64,000 nt of DNA from an archaeon (lineage in GTDB: Archaea; Nanobdellota; Nanobdellia; Pacearchaeales; DTIR01): positions 46,085 through 110,084 of the forward strand of contig JAZDFA010000015.1 of the NCBI GenBank assembly GCA_043808285.1, read 5' to 3'. This document shows, piece after piece, positions 19,369-30,358 of this stretch. Below the pieces are notes generated by a model. The model had not been told where the DNA came from. It worked only from the letters and a program-made list of their open reading frames with translations, and searched no databases. Numbering within the stretch: the stretch's first letter is position 1; each line of letters opens with the position of its first letter. The translations under genes were made by a program, and so were the position numbers.

Positions 19369-20364
19369 ATGAAAGCAATATTAGACCTAAAAACTATCTT
19401 AAGATTTATAGGATTACGTTTATTTAATCGATCTTTTCCTTTTTCAGTAAATCTAATCATAAATTACAACTGCAATTATAGATGTAAATATTGCAATTCT
19501 TACAATACTAAAAAAAAGGAGATGACTACTAAACAAATTTTCAAAATGCTTGACGAATTTAGTGAACTTGGAACTAAAAGATTAGGGATTACTGGGGGTG
19601 AACCGCTATTGAGAAAAGATATTGGAAAAATAGTAGATTATGCAAAAAAGAAGGGAATGAAGACAACTCTCACTACAAATGGCTCTTTGGTTCCGCAAAA
19701 AATAAAAGAACTAAAGAATCTTGATCTGCTTTTGATAAGTTTTGATGGTCCAAAAGAGGTTCATGATAAATACAGAATGAAAGGTTCTTATGAAAGTGTT
19801 ATCCGGGCGATCAAAATAGCAAAAGAAAATGGGATTAATGTCTGGACTACTACTGTGATAACGAATCTTACTGAAAACAATATAGAATTTGTTGTAAAAA
19901 AGGCTAGAGAGATGGGATTTAAGTGCCTATTCCAGCCGGTTTATCATTATTCCTATTCTTCAAATAAAGATACAATAGAAGGAATGTCTGCAAAAAAGGG
20001 ACAGCACAAAATGCTAGTCCAAAAAATAATCGAGCTAAAAAGAAAAGGAGCCCAAATAGCAAATTCTTATCATTACTTAGATTACATTCTAAAATATTGG
20101 CCGGATAAGATTCATGGAAAATGTTATGCTGGAAAATTTTATTGTGGCGTTGATTCAAATGGAGAAGTTGCACCTTGTTCCCTGATATTCGGAAAGTATA
20201 AATGGACCAATGGTGTAAAGTTTGGATTTAAAGAAGCATTCAAAAAAATAAAACAAATTCCATGCAAAGGTTGCTTCTGTGTATCTTTTGTAGACATGAA
20301 TCTACTAAATTCTTACTTAACACCTGAGATAATAATCAATGCATTAAAGGATTATAATTTCTAA
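19369..20364 (+). CDS. Radical SAM protein (twitch/SPASM-like C-terminus)
   Basis: CNYRCKYC, TGGEPLLR, CYAGKF..DSNGEVAPC, CKGC. Confidence 0.9.
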   Translation: MKAILDLKTILRFIGLRLFNRSFPFSVNLIINYNCNYRCKYCNSYNTKKKEMTTKQIFKMLDEFSELGTKRLGITGGEPLLRKDIGKIVDYAKKKGMKTTLTTNGSLVPQKIKELKNLDLLLISFDGPKEVHDKYRMKGSYESVIRAIKIAKENGINVWTTTVITNLTENNIEFVVKKAREMGFKCLFQPVYHYSYSSNKDTIEGMSAKKGQHKMLVQKIIELKRKGAQIANSYHYLDYILKYWPDKIHGKCYAGKFYCGVDSNGEVAPCSLIFGKYKWTNGVKFGFKEAFKKIKQIPCKGCFCVSFVDMNLLNSYLTPEIIINALKDYNF

Positions 20365-20365
20365 A

Positions 20366-21244
20366 ATGATATTTGTAACTGGAGCAAGTGGATTCTTAGG
20401 GAAGTATGTTGTAAACGAATTGCTAAAATGTAATGAGAAAATAAGATGTTTTTCTAATTCAATTGGAAACTTGCCTAAAAATAATAGGATAGAAATCGTA
20501 ATCGGCGATATAAGAGACAAAGAAGCTGTTAACAAATATGTGAAAGGGGCAAAGTATATAGTGCATTTAGCAGCCGCCTTAAATCCCTACATAACTGGAG
20601 ATTTATATGAAGTAAACATTAAAGGAACAAAAAATCTAGTGGATGCTGCGAAGAAATACAAAATAAAAAAGTTTATTTTTGTAAGCTCTGAAGGTGCAGT
20701 ACAACAATTTGATGAATATGGTAAAAGCAAAATGAAAGCAGAATCAATTGTAAAAAGTCTAAAAAATTATGTCATAATACGACCCACGGTGATTTATGGT
20801 GCTGGAGACAGGAAGAACATCAGTAAACTTATAAAAATTGTTAAAAATTCACCCTTTGTTCCGTTATTCAAGAATGGAAATAACAAACTCCAGCCAGTAT
20901 ATGCTGGAGATGTAGCTGCTGCAATAAAAAATGCTTTGTCTATGGGAAAAGGAACTTACTTCGCAGCTGGAAAAGAACCCCTCTCTTTAAACGAAATAAT
21001 AACAGTCATTGAGTCCTGCTTGGGTATTAAAAGAAGGATAAGAATAAGGATCAATTTAAAGTTAATCAAAATAGTTGTTGCATTAATGAGATTCTACAAA
21101 GGCAAGATGATAAGCCCGAATCTAATAAGCCCAAATATAATAGAATACTTCTCAAAAGATCAAATTTATGACATAAGCAAGACTATAAAAGAATTAAATT
21201 ATAAACCTCTAAGTTTTTATGAGGGAATAAAAAAGTCGATATAA
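20366..21244 (+). CDS. NAD-dependent epimerase/dehydratase (SDR)
   Basis: VTGASGFLG, HLAA, YGKSK, RPTVIYG. Confidence 0.88.
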   Translation: MIFVTGASGFLGKYVVNELLKCNEKIRCFSNSIGNLPKNNRIEIVIGDIRDKEAVNKYVKGAKYIVHLAAALNPYITGDLYEVNIKGTKNLVDAAKKYKIKKFIFVSSEGAVQQFDEYGKSKMKAESIVKSLKNYVIIRPTVIYGAGDRKNISKLIKIVKNSPFVPLFKNGNNKLQPVYAGDVAAAIKNALSMGKGTYFAAGKEPLSLNEIITVIESCLGIKRRIRIRINLKLIKIVVALMRFYKGKMISPNLISPNIIEYFSKDQIYDISKTIKELNYKPLSFYEGIKKSI

Positions 21245-21296
21245 GCTATTTCTCAAGTTAGATTATATTTAAAAAGTAAGAAGAAATTAGGATAAT

Positions 21297-22364
21297 ATGA
21301 AAAACGAAATATTGATGGTTGGAGGTATTTTAAAAAGCAAATTGGTAAAAAAACCATACAAACTTAATTTTGCCGTTACATCTTTATGTAACAGCAAATG
21401 TACTACTTGTAACATCTGGAAAACTTATAAAGATAACCCAAAAAAATTAAAAGAAGAATTAAACTTAAAGGAAATCCAAGAGATATTCTCAAAGCTACCA
21501 AAAACAATTATCTGGTTGAGTCTCACGGGGGGGGAGCCCTTTCTAAAAGAAAATTTTGAAGAAATAATCATTTCTGCAATGAAAACTATGAATAATTTAA
21601 GGATGATAAGTATCCCTTCAAATGGTTTGGCTACTGAAAGAATCCTAAAAATGGTAAACAAGATAATGAAAACAAAAAAGGAGATAAGGATAATCGTCAC
21701 ATTAAGCATAGAAGGCCCTGAAAAGATACACAACAAAATAAGGGGGGTGGGGGATGGTTTTAAAAAATCATGGGAAACCTACGAAAAGCTAAAGGAACTT
21801 TCAAAAAAATACAAGAACTTTAATGTCTCAATTGAGACTACCATCTCAAAATATAATATAGATTATCTTCCGCAATTTATTGAAAAATTAATTAAGGGGG
21901 GGAATGAATTGACTCTTACTATTGCACATAATGCCGCTCTTTACAAGAATGAAAAAAATAGCAAATTGATGCCTTCTCAAATAAACAAGATAAAAAAGAT
22001 AGTACAAATAGCAATAAATGGAAAAAAATATCTCAATCCAAAAAATAGAATAGAATCAATATTCCTAAAAAACCTCCCAGAATATGCCATTAATCCTAAA
22101 AAGAGTGTAATGCCCTGCTATGCACTCAAATCTTCAATTTCTCTTGATCAAAATGGGAATGTCCTGCCTTGTCTTATGTGGGGAATGAATCTTGGGAATG
22201 TAAGAGACTATGGATATGATATAAAAAGGATAATCTCTTCAAAAAAAGCTTTTTGTGTAATGAACACGATAAAAAACAAGAGATGTCCCAATTGCTGGAC
22301 ACCTTGTGAGGGATACCAAAGTGTAATTGGTAATCTTATAAATATGAAAATATCTCCTTTCTAA
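21297..22364 (+). CDS. Radical SAM protein (SPASM/twitch)
   Basis: CNSKCTTC, TGGEPFL, CYA..GNVLPC, CPNCWTPC. Confidence 0.9.
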   Translation: MKNEILMVGGILKSKLVKKPYKLNFAVTSLCNSKCTTCNIWKTYKDNPKKLKEELNLKEIQEIFSKLPKTIIWLSLTGGEPFLKENFEEIIISAMKTMNNLRMISIPSNGLATERILKMVNKIMKTKKEIRIIVTLSIEGPEKIHNKIRGVGDGFKKSWETYEKLKELSKKYKNFNVSIETTISKYNIDYLPQFIEKLIKGGNELTLTIAHNAALYKNEKNSKLMPSQINKIKKIVQIAINGKKYLNPKNRIESIFLKNLPEYAINPKKSVMPCYALKSSISLDQNGNVLPCLMWGMNLGNVRDYGYDIKRIISSKKAFCVMNTIKNKRCPNCWTPCEGYQSVIGNLINMKISPF

Positions 22365-22365
22365 A

Positions 22366-23112
22366 ATGCTCAAAGTATGTCTTGTTATAGATGTTGAAAG
22401 ATTTATCTCATTTAAACAGAATAATCCTGAATGGAATGTGCTTCAAAATCTAAAAAAGATACTTGCTTACTTGCTTAGGGGATTCCTTTATGACCAGAGA
22501 GGTTATGAAAATACTTATAAGATTATATGCAAGCATAGATTTCCAGTTTCATTTATGTTAGTAGGAAGCTTATTCAAACCATTAGAAAAAAAGAATTTTA
22601 TTGATTATGGGTATCATACCTATAGTCATAAACCTCTGACATATCTCCCAGATAAAAAGATACTGGGGGAAATTAAGAATATTTACAATGCAGTTAGCTT
22701 TTCGGCCCCCATGAATCTAATTGATGATCCATTAAAACCTGACAGAATATTAAAGATGCTTAAAAAAGAAGGATATAAAATTATTATTTGGGGTGGTTCA
22801 ACTATAAGGAATAAAAAAAATAAGATTGTTGTAGTTCCTTCAAGAAAAAATATAGTAGAACCAAAGACAGTTGAAGGAATAAAATGTGTTTACATAAGCA
22901 ATCTATTTAATGATAAAACCCCCAAGGAAAATATAATTAAAATGCTGGAAGAGATTGAGCAGAATTCTGGTAAAGAGTCAGTCTATTGCATAACAACACA
23001 TGAATTCTCCCATAAAGATACTTCAAATCTTGAGTATATAATAAAAAGGCTTATTGAACTTAAGGATCAAGGCAGGATAAAAATAGTAAATCTTAGAGAT
23101 ATTGCAAAATGA
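22366..23112 (+). CDS. Polysaccharide deacetylase-like (NodB fold) protein
   Basis: VIDVE, GYHTYSH, FSAP, ITTHE. Confidence 0.65.
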   Translation: MLKVCLVIDVERFISFKQNNPEWNVLQNLKKILAYLLRGFLYDQRGYENTYKIICKHRFPVSFMLVGSLFKPLEKKNFIDYGYHTYSHKPLTYLPDKKILGEIKNIYNAVSFSAPMNLIDDPLKPDRILKMLKKEGYKIIIWGGSTIRNKKNKIVVVPSRKNIVEPKTVEGIKCVYISNLFNDKTPKENIIKMLEEIEQNSGKESVYCITTHEFSHKDTSNLEYIIKRLIELKDQGRIKIVNLRDIAK

Positions 23113-23244
23113 AAGAAGTCAAAGAAGTAAGAATATCCCTAAAAAAGATATAGAAAAGGTAGGAGAGATAATCTCAGTTTTTATGAAAGGAAAAAATATT
23201 TTTTCACCCATAACTTTTTTAAACAAGGCATTTGTAGGCTTGAT

Positions 23245-24690
23245 ATGAGAATAATACTCTTAAACTTAAGATCAGATTATACTGGATTCCCATTAGGACT
23301 CGCATACTTATCAGCATGTTTAAAAAAAGCGGGTTTTAAAGACATCAAAGGGATAGACTTGGGGATTGATTCTGAAAAAAATCTTTTAGAGTATATCGAA
23401 AAAGCAGACATATTGGCAATGTCTGTTATGACGAGGAATTATTTTGACGCTATAAGAATATCTAAAAAAGCTAAAAAAATAAATCCTGGTCTAAAAATAA
23501 TAGTTGGTGGTCCTCATCCTACGGTATGCTCAGAAGATATGATGCAGCCTAGTATAGATTTTATAGTAATTGGTGAAGGAGAGATTACAATAGTAGAACT
23601 ATTAAAGAATTTATCAAATAATAAACAAGACCTTTCAGAAATTAAAGGGGTGTGGTATAGATCAAATAATAAATGGAATAAAAATAAAAAAAGAGATTTC
23701 ATAAAAAATTTGGATTCTCTCCCATTTCCAGATCATGAGATATTCCAGATAAATAGATATAATTTCGGTATGCTCAAACATTTTTATAAGCCTCCAATCC
23801 CAATAATAACTTCTAGGAGCTGCCTATATAATTGTGCTAATTGCCAACCAGCTTTATCAAAAATAGCTGGTTCTTTTAGACAAAGGAGTATTAAAAATGT
23901 AATAGAAGAAATAGAATTTCTTATAAAAAAATATAGATATAGAAAATTTGGATTCAATGATAATGATATAACCACTGACAAAAAATGGATAAAAGAATTT
24001 TGTAGAGAGATTATCAGAAAAAAGCTGAAGATTGAATGGGGGGCTAATGCCAGAGCAACTAATATGGACGAAGATGTTATGAAACTGCTCAAAAAATCTG
24101 GCTTTAAAATGTTTTTTATGGGAGTAGAAAGTGGTTCTCAGGAAATTCTTGATAACGTCTTAATAAAAGGAATAACTATTGAAAGAGTTAAAGAAGTTGT
24201 AAACAATGCAAGAAAGGTGGGAATTTCTCCACAATGCAGTTTTATGATTGGTATTCCTGGCGAAACGAAAGAACAAATGCAACAAACTCTTGATTTAGCT
24301 GTAAGTCTAAAGCCAGACATAGCATTCATTTGCCCTGTTGTCCCTTATCCGGAAACGAGATATGAAAAGATACTGAAAGATAAGGGGTGGCTACTGAGTA
24401 ATTCTCATTTTGAATATGGCAATGGGATAAGTATGAGCTATAGAACAGATTATTGGGATAGTTCTTTTCTTGAAGAAATGAAGAAAAAATGTGTTAATCT
24501 ATTTAATAAAAGAGGATATATAGAAATAGATAAAACTTCTACTGGCACAATGGTATTTTACAATGTAAGATCGAACAAAAAAAGGTTATTTATTCTTTTA
24601 GGAAAAGAGATTATTTACTTCAATAAAGATAAAGATATAAGACTACATGTAAAAAATGTTGGGATAATCTTTAAAAATTTATTTCTTTAA
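23245..24690 (+). CDS. B12-binding radical SAM protein
   Basis: PLGLAYLSA, GGPHPT, GEGE, SRSCLYNCANC, GVESG, FMIGIPGET. Confidence 0.9.
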   Translation: MRIILLNLRSDYTGFPLGLAYLSACLKKAGFKDIKGIDLGIDSEKNLLEYIEKADILAMSVMTRNYFDAIRISKKAKKINPGLKIIVGGPHPTVCSEDMMQPSIDFIVIGEGEITIVELLKNLSNNKQDLSEIKGVWYRSNNKWNKNKKRDFIKNLDSLPFPDHEIFQINRYNFGMLKHFYKPPIPIITSRSCLYNCANCQPALSKIAGSFRQRSIKNVIEEIEFLIKKYRYRKFGFNDNDITTDKKWIKEFCREIIRKKLKIEWGANARATNMDEDVMKLLKKSGFKMFFMGVESGSQEILDNVLIKGITIERVKEVVNNARKVGISPQCSFMIGIPGETKEQMQQTLDLAVSLKPDIAFICPVVPYPETRYEKILKDKGWLLSNSHFEYGNGISMSYRTDYWDSSFLEEMKKKCVNLFNKRGYIEIDKTSTGTMVFYNVRSNKKRLFILLGKEIIYFNKDKDIRLHVKNVGIIFKNLFL

Positions 24691-24753
24691 ATATAATGCG
24701 TTTCACAAGATTTAAATGTACTCTTGGATATTCTGTTAAATCTTACTAGATAA

Positions 24754-25428
24754 ATGGCAATTAAATGGGGATATACAAAAAAAGGAAAAATGCAATTTCA
24801 AGATTTTGTTGAAACGATTGAAGTAGACTTGACAAAACCAATAGAAAAATTAAAGAACGCTCTAGATAAAGATGCCAGATGGGGCATAAATAAAGCGATA
24901 AAAGAAGGGCTTACAGTAAAAGAAGCTGATGAAAAAGAGGTAAAAGAATTCTATGAGATTTATAGAGAGATGTGTAAAAGGAATGAGATTAAAATGCATG
25001 ACTTAAATGAGATTATCCTAAATAATCCTCCTTCCTACAACAGAAAAATATTTGTGTGCAAAAAAGGAAACAAAATTATCTCTGGAGTTTCAATAACTGA
25101 GAATAAAACAAATGGTATAATTAGCCTTTATGTAAATGCGTCTAATCCCGAATACCTAAAATTTCAGCCAAATAACTTGTTGTACTGGAGTATAATAGAG
25201 CATGGAAAAAGGATAAATGCAAAAACATTTGATTTGGGCGGCTACGATGCAACCGCTGAGAAAGGTTCTAAAACATATGAGATAAATCGATTTAAAGAAA
25301 GGTGGGGAGGTAAGATAGTCAAATATCCTGTTTACAGCAACAATCCTTTCTATATACTGGGAAGGAAGATTATAAGGAATTCTTCTTTTTTGAGAAGATT
25401 ATTCAAAAAAATAAAACAAAAAAATTAA
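24754..25428 (+). CDS. FemAB/GNAT-like acyl- or aminoacyl-transferase
   Basis: R.GINKAIKEG, PNNLLYW, FDLGG, RFKERWGG. Confidence 0.8.
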   Translation: MAIKWGYTKKGKMQFQDFVETIEVDLTKPIEKLKNALDKDARWGINKAIKEGLTVKEADEKEVKEFYEIYREMCKRNEIKMHDLNEIILNNPPSYNRKIFVCKKGNKIISGVSITENKTNGIISLYVNASNPEYLKFQPNNLLYWSIIEHGKRINAKTFDLGGYDATAEKGSKTYEINRFKERWGGKIVKYPVYSNNPFYILGRKIIRNSSFLRRLFKKIKQKN

Positions 25429-25454
25429 AAGTTTATTCTAGGAGCTTAAAAAAA

Positions 25455-26558
25455 TTAGTGGATCCCATATCTGAAATAACACTTTTTGCATGATTCATTG
25501 AGGTCTCTCTTATTATCATATCTCAATGTTTTATAATTACGGTTATTCCATATCTTTTCTATTGACTCTTCATTTAGGTTTCCTAGAATAACTGAAGGCA
25601 TAGTTGTTTCTTTTTTTATCAAGTTGCCTTCATCGATACAAAAGAAATGTTTTCTGGTATCTCTAAAATGTGGGCAGCAGCATACATCTCCATTAATAAA
25701 AAGCATCATCATTTCCCATATAAAAGGACAGGAGCACTTAGAAGTGTTTACTCCAAATATTTTGGGGAGTCTTATTGGCATATTAAGATCCTTTGCTAGA
25801 TTTTCGGTTTCATCAAATATTCTTTTTATATCTCCTTTGTCAAGATTGAATAAAGAACTCTTTACAGAATCCTTATTATGACAAGTAAGTGCAGTAAACC
25901 ACACATTGTCTGCTCCGATTTTCTTTGCAAATCTTACAATAGAAGGCATTTCTTCTATATTCTCCTTTTGCGCAGCAAAACCAATAGCAATTGTTGGTGT
26001 TTTACTCTTCAATTGTCTCTTCCTTTCACATATTTCTCCTAGATGTTGCATAACAATATCAAAAGGAGAGTGCGGAATTGGACGTATCTTCTCATATACC
26101 TCTTTTTTAAGAGAATCCAAAGAGATATCCATGCTATCTGTTCTGTATTTGAATGTTTTCTCTATATTCTCTTTGGTTAGAAGTAACCCATTTGTTGTAT
26201 AATGCACTTTTATTCCGAAGCTTTTAAGATAATTGTGAATCTGCCAAAATTCTGGATTCAACAATGGTTCACCTAAACCTGCCCCTAAGGTGATAAAATT
26301 AACATAAGGCAGTATTGGTTCTAATTTCTTAAAATAAGAAAGAGGCGTATGCTTGTTTAATATCCCTTTAGACATAACACTCCTTTCACATCTTGGGCAC
26401 TCCATATTACACGTGGTGGATAGTTCTATTTGGAGATAAGAAGGATAATATCTTGCTCTTGAGGGGTAGAACTTTCTATAAAATGACTGAAGAACTAGGT
26501 TGCTGTATCTTCTAGGGTATCTTACAGCCCTTGCAAATCTTCGCAACACCTTTTTCAT
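25455..26558 (-). CDS. Radical SAM protein with SPASM domain
   Basis: CNMECPRC, GEPLL, CPFIW..NGDVCCC, CKKC. Confidence 0.9.
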   Translation of the reverse strand: MKKVLRRFARAVRYPRRYSNLVLQSFYRKFYPSRARYYPSYLQIELSTTCNMECPRCERSVMSKGILNKHTPLSYFKKLEPILPYVNFITLGAGLGEPLLNPEFWQIHNYLKSFGIKVHYTTNGLLLTKENIEKTFKYRTDSMDISLDSLKKEVYEKIRPIPHSPFDIVMQHLGEICERKRQLKSKTPTIAIGFAAQKENIEEMPSIVRFAKKIGADNVWFTALTCHNKDSVKSSLFNLDKGDIKRIFDETENLAKDLNMPIRLPKIFGVNTSKCSCPFIWEMMMLFINGDVCCCPHFRDTRKHFFCIDEGNLIKKETTMPSVILGNLNEESIEKIWNNRNYKTLRYDNKRDLNESCKKCYFRYGIH

Positions 26559-26621
26559 TCTCCCATAATCTCTAAGAGATTTATAAAACTTGTTAATCCA
26601 AGATGTAAAAAATTTAATAAA

Positions 26622-26729
26622 AATAGATTCAAGCCTAGAGGAGGTGGCAAGATAGTAAAATATCTGGTTGATATCAAGAATCTATTTTACATTATTGTAA
26701 GAAAGATACTTAGAAAATTTTCCTCTTAA
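26622..26729 (+). pseudogene. 3' remnant of a FemAB/GNAT-like paralog
   Basis: NRFKPRGGGKIVKYLVDIKNLFYIIVRKILRKFSS* aligns with NRFKERWGGKIVKYPVYSNNPFYILGRKIIRNSS of 24754-25428. Confidence 0.7.
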
Positions 26730-27835
26730 GAGCAGATTTTTTTGCATAGCTCCTTAAATTTATCCTGAAAATTTTTCGTGCTGTACTCTCTTGCTTTTTT
26801 TACTGCATTTCTGCTCATCTTTTCTCTCAATCCCTCATTCTCAATAAGAAAAGTTATAAAATCCTGGGCCTCTTCAGGATTATTGAATAGGAATCCGGAT
26901 TTCTTATGCTCAACTATCTCTTTTTGTCCCCCCCCATTAAACACCACTGGAACAGCACCTTGAGCCATTGCTTCTGCAGTAACCATCCCGAAATGTTCCA
27001 TCTCCTGCGGCTCTTTTAGCTCATTTCTTCCATATCCCTTTGCATGAAAGAATATCTTTGACTTGGAATAATTTTCCCTAAGCTTTGAACTCTCTAAATG
27101 TCCTGCAAATCTGACTGGAAAATTCTTTGCTTCCTTCTTTAATCCTGAAAAATCCCCCTCTCCGCAGATTAGATATTCATAATCTCTGTGCTTTTCTGAA
27201 ATTTTTTTGAAGCAGCTTATCATAAAAGAATAATTCTTATCCTTTGCTATCCTTCCAGCACTCAGGATGATGTTTAATTTTTTTCTTTTTATCCTATCTA
27301 TATCTATAGGCGGATTAAGAACAAAAGCATTGATGATCCATAACATCTTAAGCCATCTCTTGGTATACTCTGAATTGCAAAGCACCAAATCATAGCTTCT
27401 GGAGTGATTACCATAGAGGGTTTTAATCAATGCATATCCCAGCAGTATAATTCCATCGGCAAGATTTCTAGCATTTCGGTAAATCTTTCTTTCTGGAAAA
27501 TGAAAGTAGATTATGCTTTTTCTGCTCTGGGGGATTACTGTCTCATGATTTGAATTGATAAACAAATCATAATTTGAAGAGATTCTTGATACTTTGCCTG
27601 CTGAAAGAGTATGGAAATAGCTTTCTTTTTTATAATCTTTTGAATTGAATAAGAAGATTAAGTTCACTTTTGAAAGGTCTGCAGAATAAATTTTTTCAAG
27701 ATCCTTTTTATCAACATTATACAAACTGAGTAATTCTACCTTATGATTTTCAGAGAGGGCTTCCGCCATCTTTATAAAAACTTTTTGCCCTCCGCCTATT
27801 CTATGCATTGCCCATTCATATATGCAGATATTCAT
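26726..27835 (-). CDS. Glycosyltransferase family 4 (Alg11/Alg2-like motifs)
   Basis: GGGQKV, YFHFP, CNSEYT, GRI..DK, EHFGMVTAEAMA. Confidence 0.88.
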   Translation of the reverse strand: MNICIYEWAMHRIGGGQKVFIKMAEALSENHKVELLSLYNVDKKDLEKIYSADLSKVNLIFLFNSKDYKKESYFHTLSAGKVSRISSNYDLFINSNHETVIPQSRKSIIYFHFPERKIYRNARNLADGIILLGYALIKTLYGNHSRSYDLVLCNSEYTKRWLKMLWIINAFVLNPPIDIDRIKRKKLNIILSAGRIAKDKNYSFMISCFKKISEKHRDYEYLICGEGDFSGLKKEAKNFPVRFAGHLESSKLRENYSKSKIFFHAKGYGRNELKEPQEMEHFGMVTAEAMAQGAVPVVFNGGGQKEIVEHKKSGFLFNNPEEAQDFITFLIENEGLREKMSRNAVKKAREYSTKNFQDKFKELCKKICS

Positions 27836-27856
27836 GTAATAACTCTAACAAAAAGC

Positions 27857-27866
27857 TATATAAATA
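27857..27866. promoter_or_regulatory. Putative shared TATA element of divergent GT4 genes
   Basis: TATATAAATA about 22 nt from both starts (27835 and 27888). Confidence 0.45.
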
Positions 27867-27887
27867 TTATTTTGATTTACTTCTTTA

Positions 27888-29117
27888 ATGAGAGTTTGCC
27901 ATGTAACGAATAATCTTGTAGGGTATCATAAAGCCTGGGGAGGGGCTGAGCAAGCCGCCGATAGGATTATAAGGCTTCTTGAAAAAAATGGTATTGAAAA
28001 TATGGTGCTTGCAACAAAACCTTTAAGAGAAGTAAAGGAAAGTTTTGAGTTTTATTCTGTCCCAGTGATCCAGGATTTTATTGGAGAGCACCTTGGCAGC
28101 CTTTTCAAAAGGCCCTATGACCTAGTAGCTTACAATTATTGCTACAACCTTCTTAAGGAAAAGAAACCAGATTTAGTCCTGCTTTATAACTTTGGGAATA
28201 TAGGTTTTGGCGTTATACTAGCTGCAAAGAAACTGAATATCCCAGTAATATTTATTGCATGTGACTTCTGGTTTTTATGCCCCTTGCAAACTCTGATAAA
28301 AAAAGATGGCACAAATTGCACCGATTTTCACAGTTATAGATGTATAGACTGCTTAGAGAATAAAAGAGACCTCCTTCAAAAGATATCTTTAAGATGGAGA
28401 AAGAATCTTTTCGACAAATATTTTTTCAGCAAAGTGGACAGGATAATTGTTCTTGCAGATTATTGGAAGGACCTTCTTAAAAAATATGGCTTGTCCCAAG
28501 AAAAGATCAAAGTAATCCCTCTGCCATTAAAAAAAGAGAGAGTTAAGAAAGAGAAAGTTGAAAAGGATTCTATATTATACACTGGCTGGATTGTCCCAAG
28601 AAAAGGTCTTCATATTGTTCTTGAAGCAATGCCAGAAATATTAAAGAAAATTCCTAATATAAAATTGTATGTGATTGGTGAAAATGACCCCTCAGAAATA
28701 GAGTACAAGAATAAAATAGACAAAATAATCTCTGAAAATAAGCTTGAGAAAAATGTCTTTCTTCTTGGCAAAAAGCCCTACAAGGAAGTTCAAAGGATAG
28801 TGCAAAAATCAGAGTTGGTTGTTGTGCCAGAACAATGGCAGATTGCCCTGTCTACATTTATGAATGAGGCAATGATTTATGGAAAGCCTGTTGTTGCAAG
28901 CAGAATAGGGGGAATTCCGGAGTATCTCCAAGATGGAAAATGTGGCCTTCTTGCAGAACCAAGAGATTCTAAGGATTTTGCCCAGAAGATTATAAACCTT
29001 CTGAAAAATAAGCAAAGGGCTAAGAATATGGGAAGAAATGCTGCCCTGTTCATGTCTAAAAAAACAGATGAGAGAAAAATCTTTGACGAGTTGAACAATG
29101 TTTACAAAGATTTATAA
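27888..29117 (+). CDS. Glycosyltransferase family 4 with Cys-rich insert
   Basis: WGGAE, CDFWFLCP..C..CIDC, RKG, NEAMIYGKPVV, GGIPE. Confidence 0.88.
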   Translation: MRVCHVTNNLVGYHKAWGGAEQAADRIIRLLEKNGIENMVLATKPLREVKESFEFYSVPVIQDFIGEHLGSLFKRPYDLVAYNYCYNLLKEKKPDLVLLYNFGNIGFGVILAAKKLNIPVIFIACDFWFLCPLQTLIKKDGTNCTDFHSYRCIDCLENKRDLLQKISLRWRKNLFDKYFFSKVDRIIVLADYWKDLLKKYGLSQEKIKVIPLPLKKERVKKEKVEKDSILYTGWIVPRKGLHIVLEAMPEILKKIPNIKLYVIGENDPSEIEYKNKIDKIISENKLEKNVFLLGKKPYKEVQRIVQKSELVVVPEQWQIALSTFMNEAMIYGKPVVASRIGGIPEYLQDGKCGLLAEPRDSKDFAQKIINLLKNKQRAKNMGRNAALFMSKKTDERKIFDELNNVYKDL

Positions 29118-29158
29118 GAGATTTATAGCATAATTTATAATTCAATTTATATTCAAAA

Positions 29159-30358
29159 ATGATACAAGAATTAAAGTTTTACGTTAATGTTTTAAGCAAG
29201 GGTATGAAGTATAGGAGTCATTTTCTTAAGCAGATAAATTATCTTATAAAAAAAGGAAAATTCAGGAATGCCTACAACTATATCTGGGACTTCACCATGA
29301 GCGATGAAGAGGGAGTAGGATTGCTTAGCCCTATTTACAGAAGAAACCCCATGTTAGTCCCCTATCCCAGCAGGCTTGAACTAGAACCCACAAATGCTTG
29401 CAATCTTAAATGCATAAAATGCGAGCATACTTATTGGAAAGAAAAAGAAAAGAAGATGACTTTTGAGCAGTTCAAATATATTATAGACCAATTCCCCCAC
29501 CTTAAGGCAATAAGCCTCACGGGAATAGGGCATGCGTTCCAGGGAGATAATGAGGTGTTTAAAGAAGAATACCTCAAGATGCTAAGGTATCTTAAATCAA
29601 AACAGATTTTTGTACAATTCTTTGATCCCTTCTTACACATAAATGAGAATCTTGCAAGAGAGCTTATAAAAATAGGAGTTGATGTAATCTGGATGTCAAT
29701 AGATGGAGCAACAAAAAAGACCTACAACAAGCTCCAGATAAATTCAGACTTTGACACGGTAATAAAAAACGTCTCTACTATGATAAGGCTCAAGAAAGAG
29801 ATGAAATCAATGTTCCCGGAAATACACTTCCATTACATTGTCCAAAAGCTTAATGTTGATGAAATGCCGCAGTTTGTTGACCTCATAAATAAGATAACAA
29901 AAGACGACCCCACAGATCAGCGTTCAATAAGATTTACTAGACTTATTCCTTTTGAAAAAAATCTATGGCTAAAGCCGGAAGTAAGTGATGAGCTTATTGA
30001 AGAGACGAGGAAAAAGATAAGCAAATCAAAGAATCTCTTCAGAATAGGATTCCCATTGGCTGAGAAAAAATCTCCAATAAACTGCTGCACTTCCTGGGCT
30101 GTGCCATTCATAACTGTTGATGGCAGTGTATATCCCTGCTGTGGTTTCACAGAATTAAACAAGAGATCAGAAGTGAGAAAGATGCTTGAGCCAATATTCG
30201 GCAATGTATTCAAAAAGCCTTTCAAAGAAATATGGAACTCAAAACAATTTAAAGAGTTTAAGATTATGATACATAATAATCAAGTTCCCGCAGTTTGTAA
30301 TACTTTCAGAGAATGCCCAGCATTCGCAACTGGATGCATTGCAAAAAGAAAAAAATGA
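29159..30358 (+). CDS. Radical SAM protein with SPASM domain
   Basis: CNLKCIKC, CTSWA..DGSVYPCC, C-terminal Cys cluster. Confidence 0.9.
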   Translation: MIQELKFYVNVLSKGMKYRSHFLKQINYLIKKGKFRNAYNYIWDFTMSDEEGVGLLSPIYRRNPMLVPYPSRLELEPTNACNLKCIKCEHTYWKEKEKKMTFEQFKYIIDQFPHLKAISLTGIGHAFQGDNEVFKEEYLKMLRYLKSKQIFVQFFDPFLHINENLARELIKIGVDVIWMSIDGATKKTYNKLQINSDFDTVIKNVSTMIRLKKEMKSMFPEIHFHYIVQKLNVDEMPQFVDLINKITKDDPTDQRSIRFTRLIPFEKNLWLKPEVSDELIEETRKKISKSKNLFRIGFPLAEKKSPINCCTSWAVPFITVDGSVYPCCGFTELNKRSEVRKMLEPIFGNVFKKPFKEIWNSKQFKEFKIMIHNNQVPAVCNTFRECPAFATGCIAKRKK

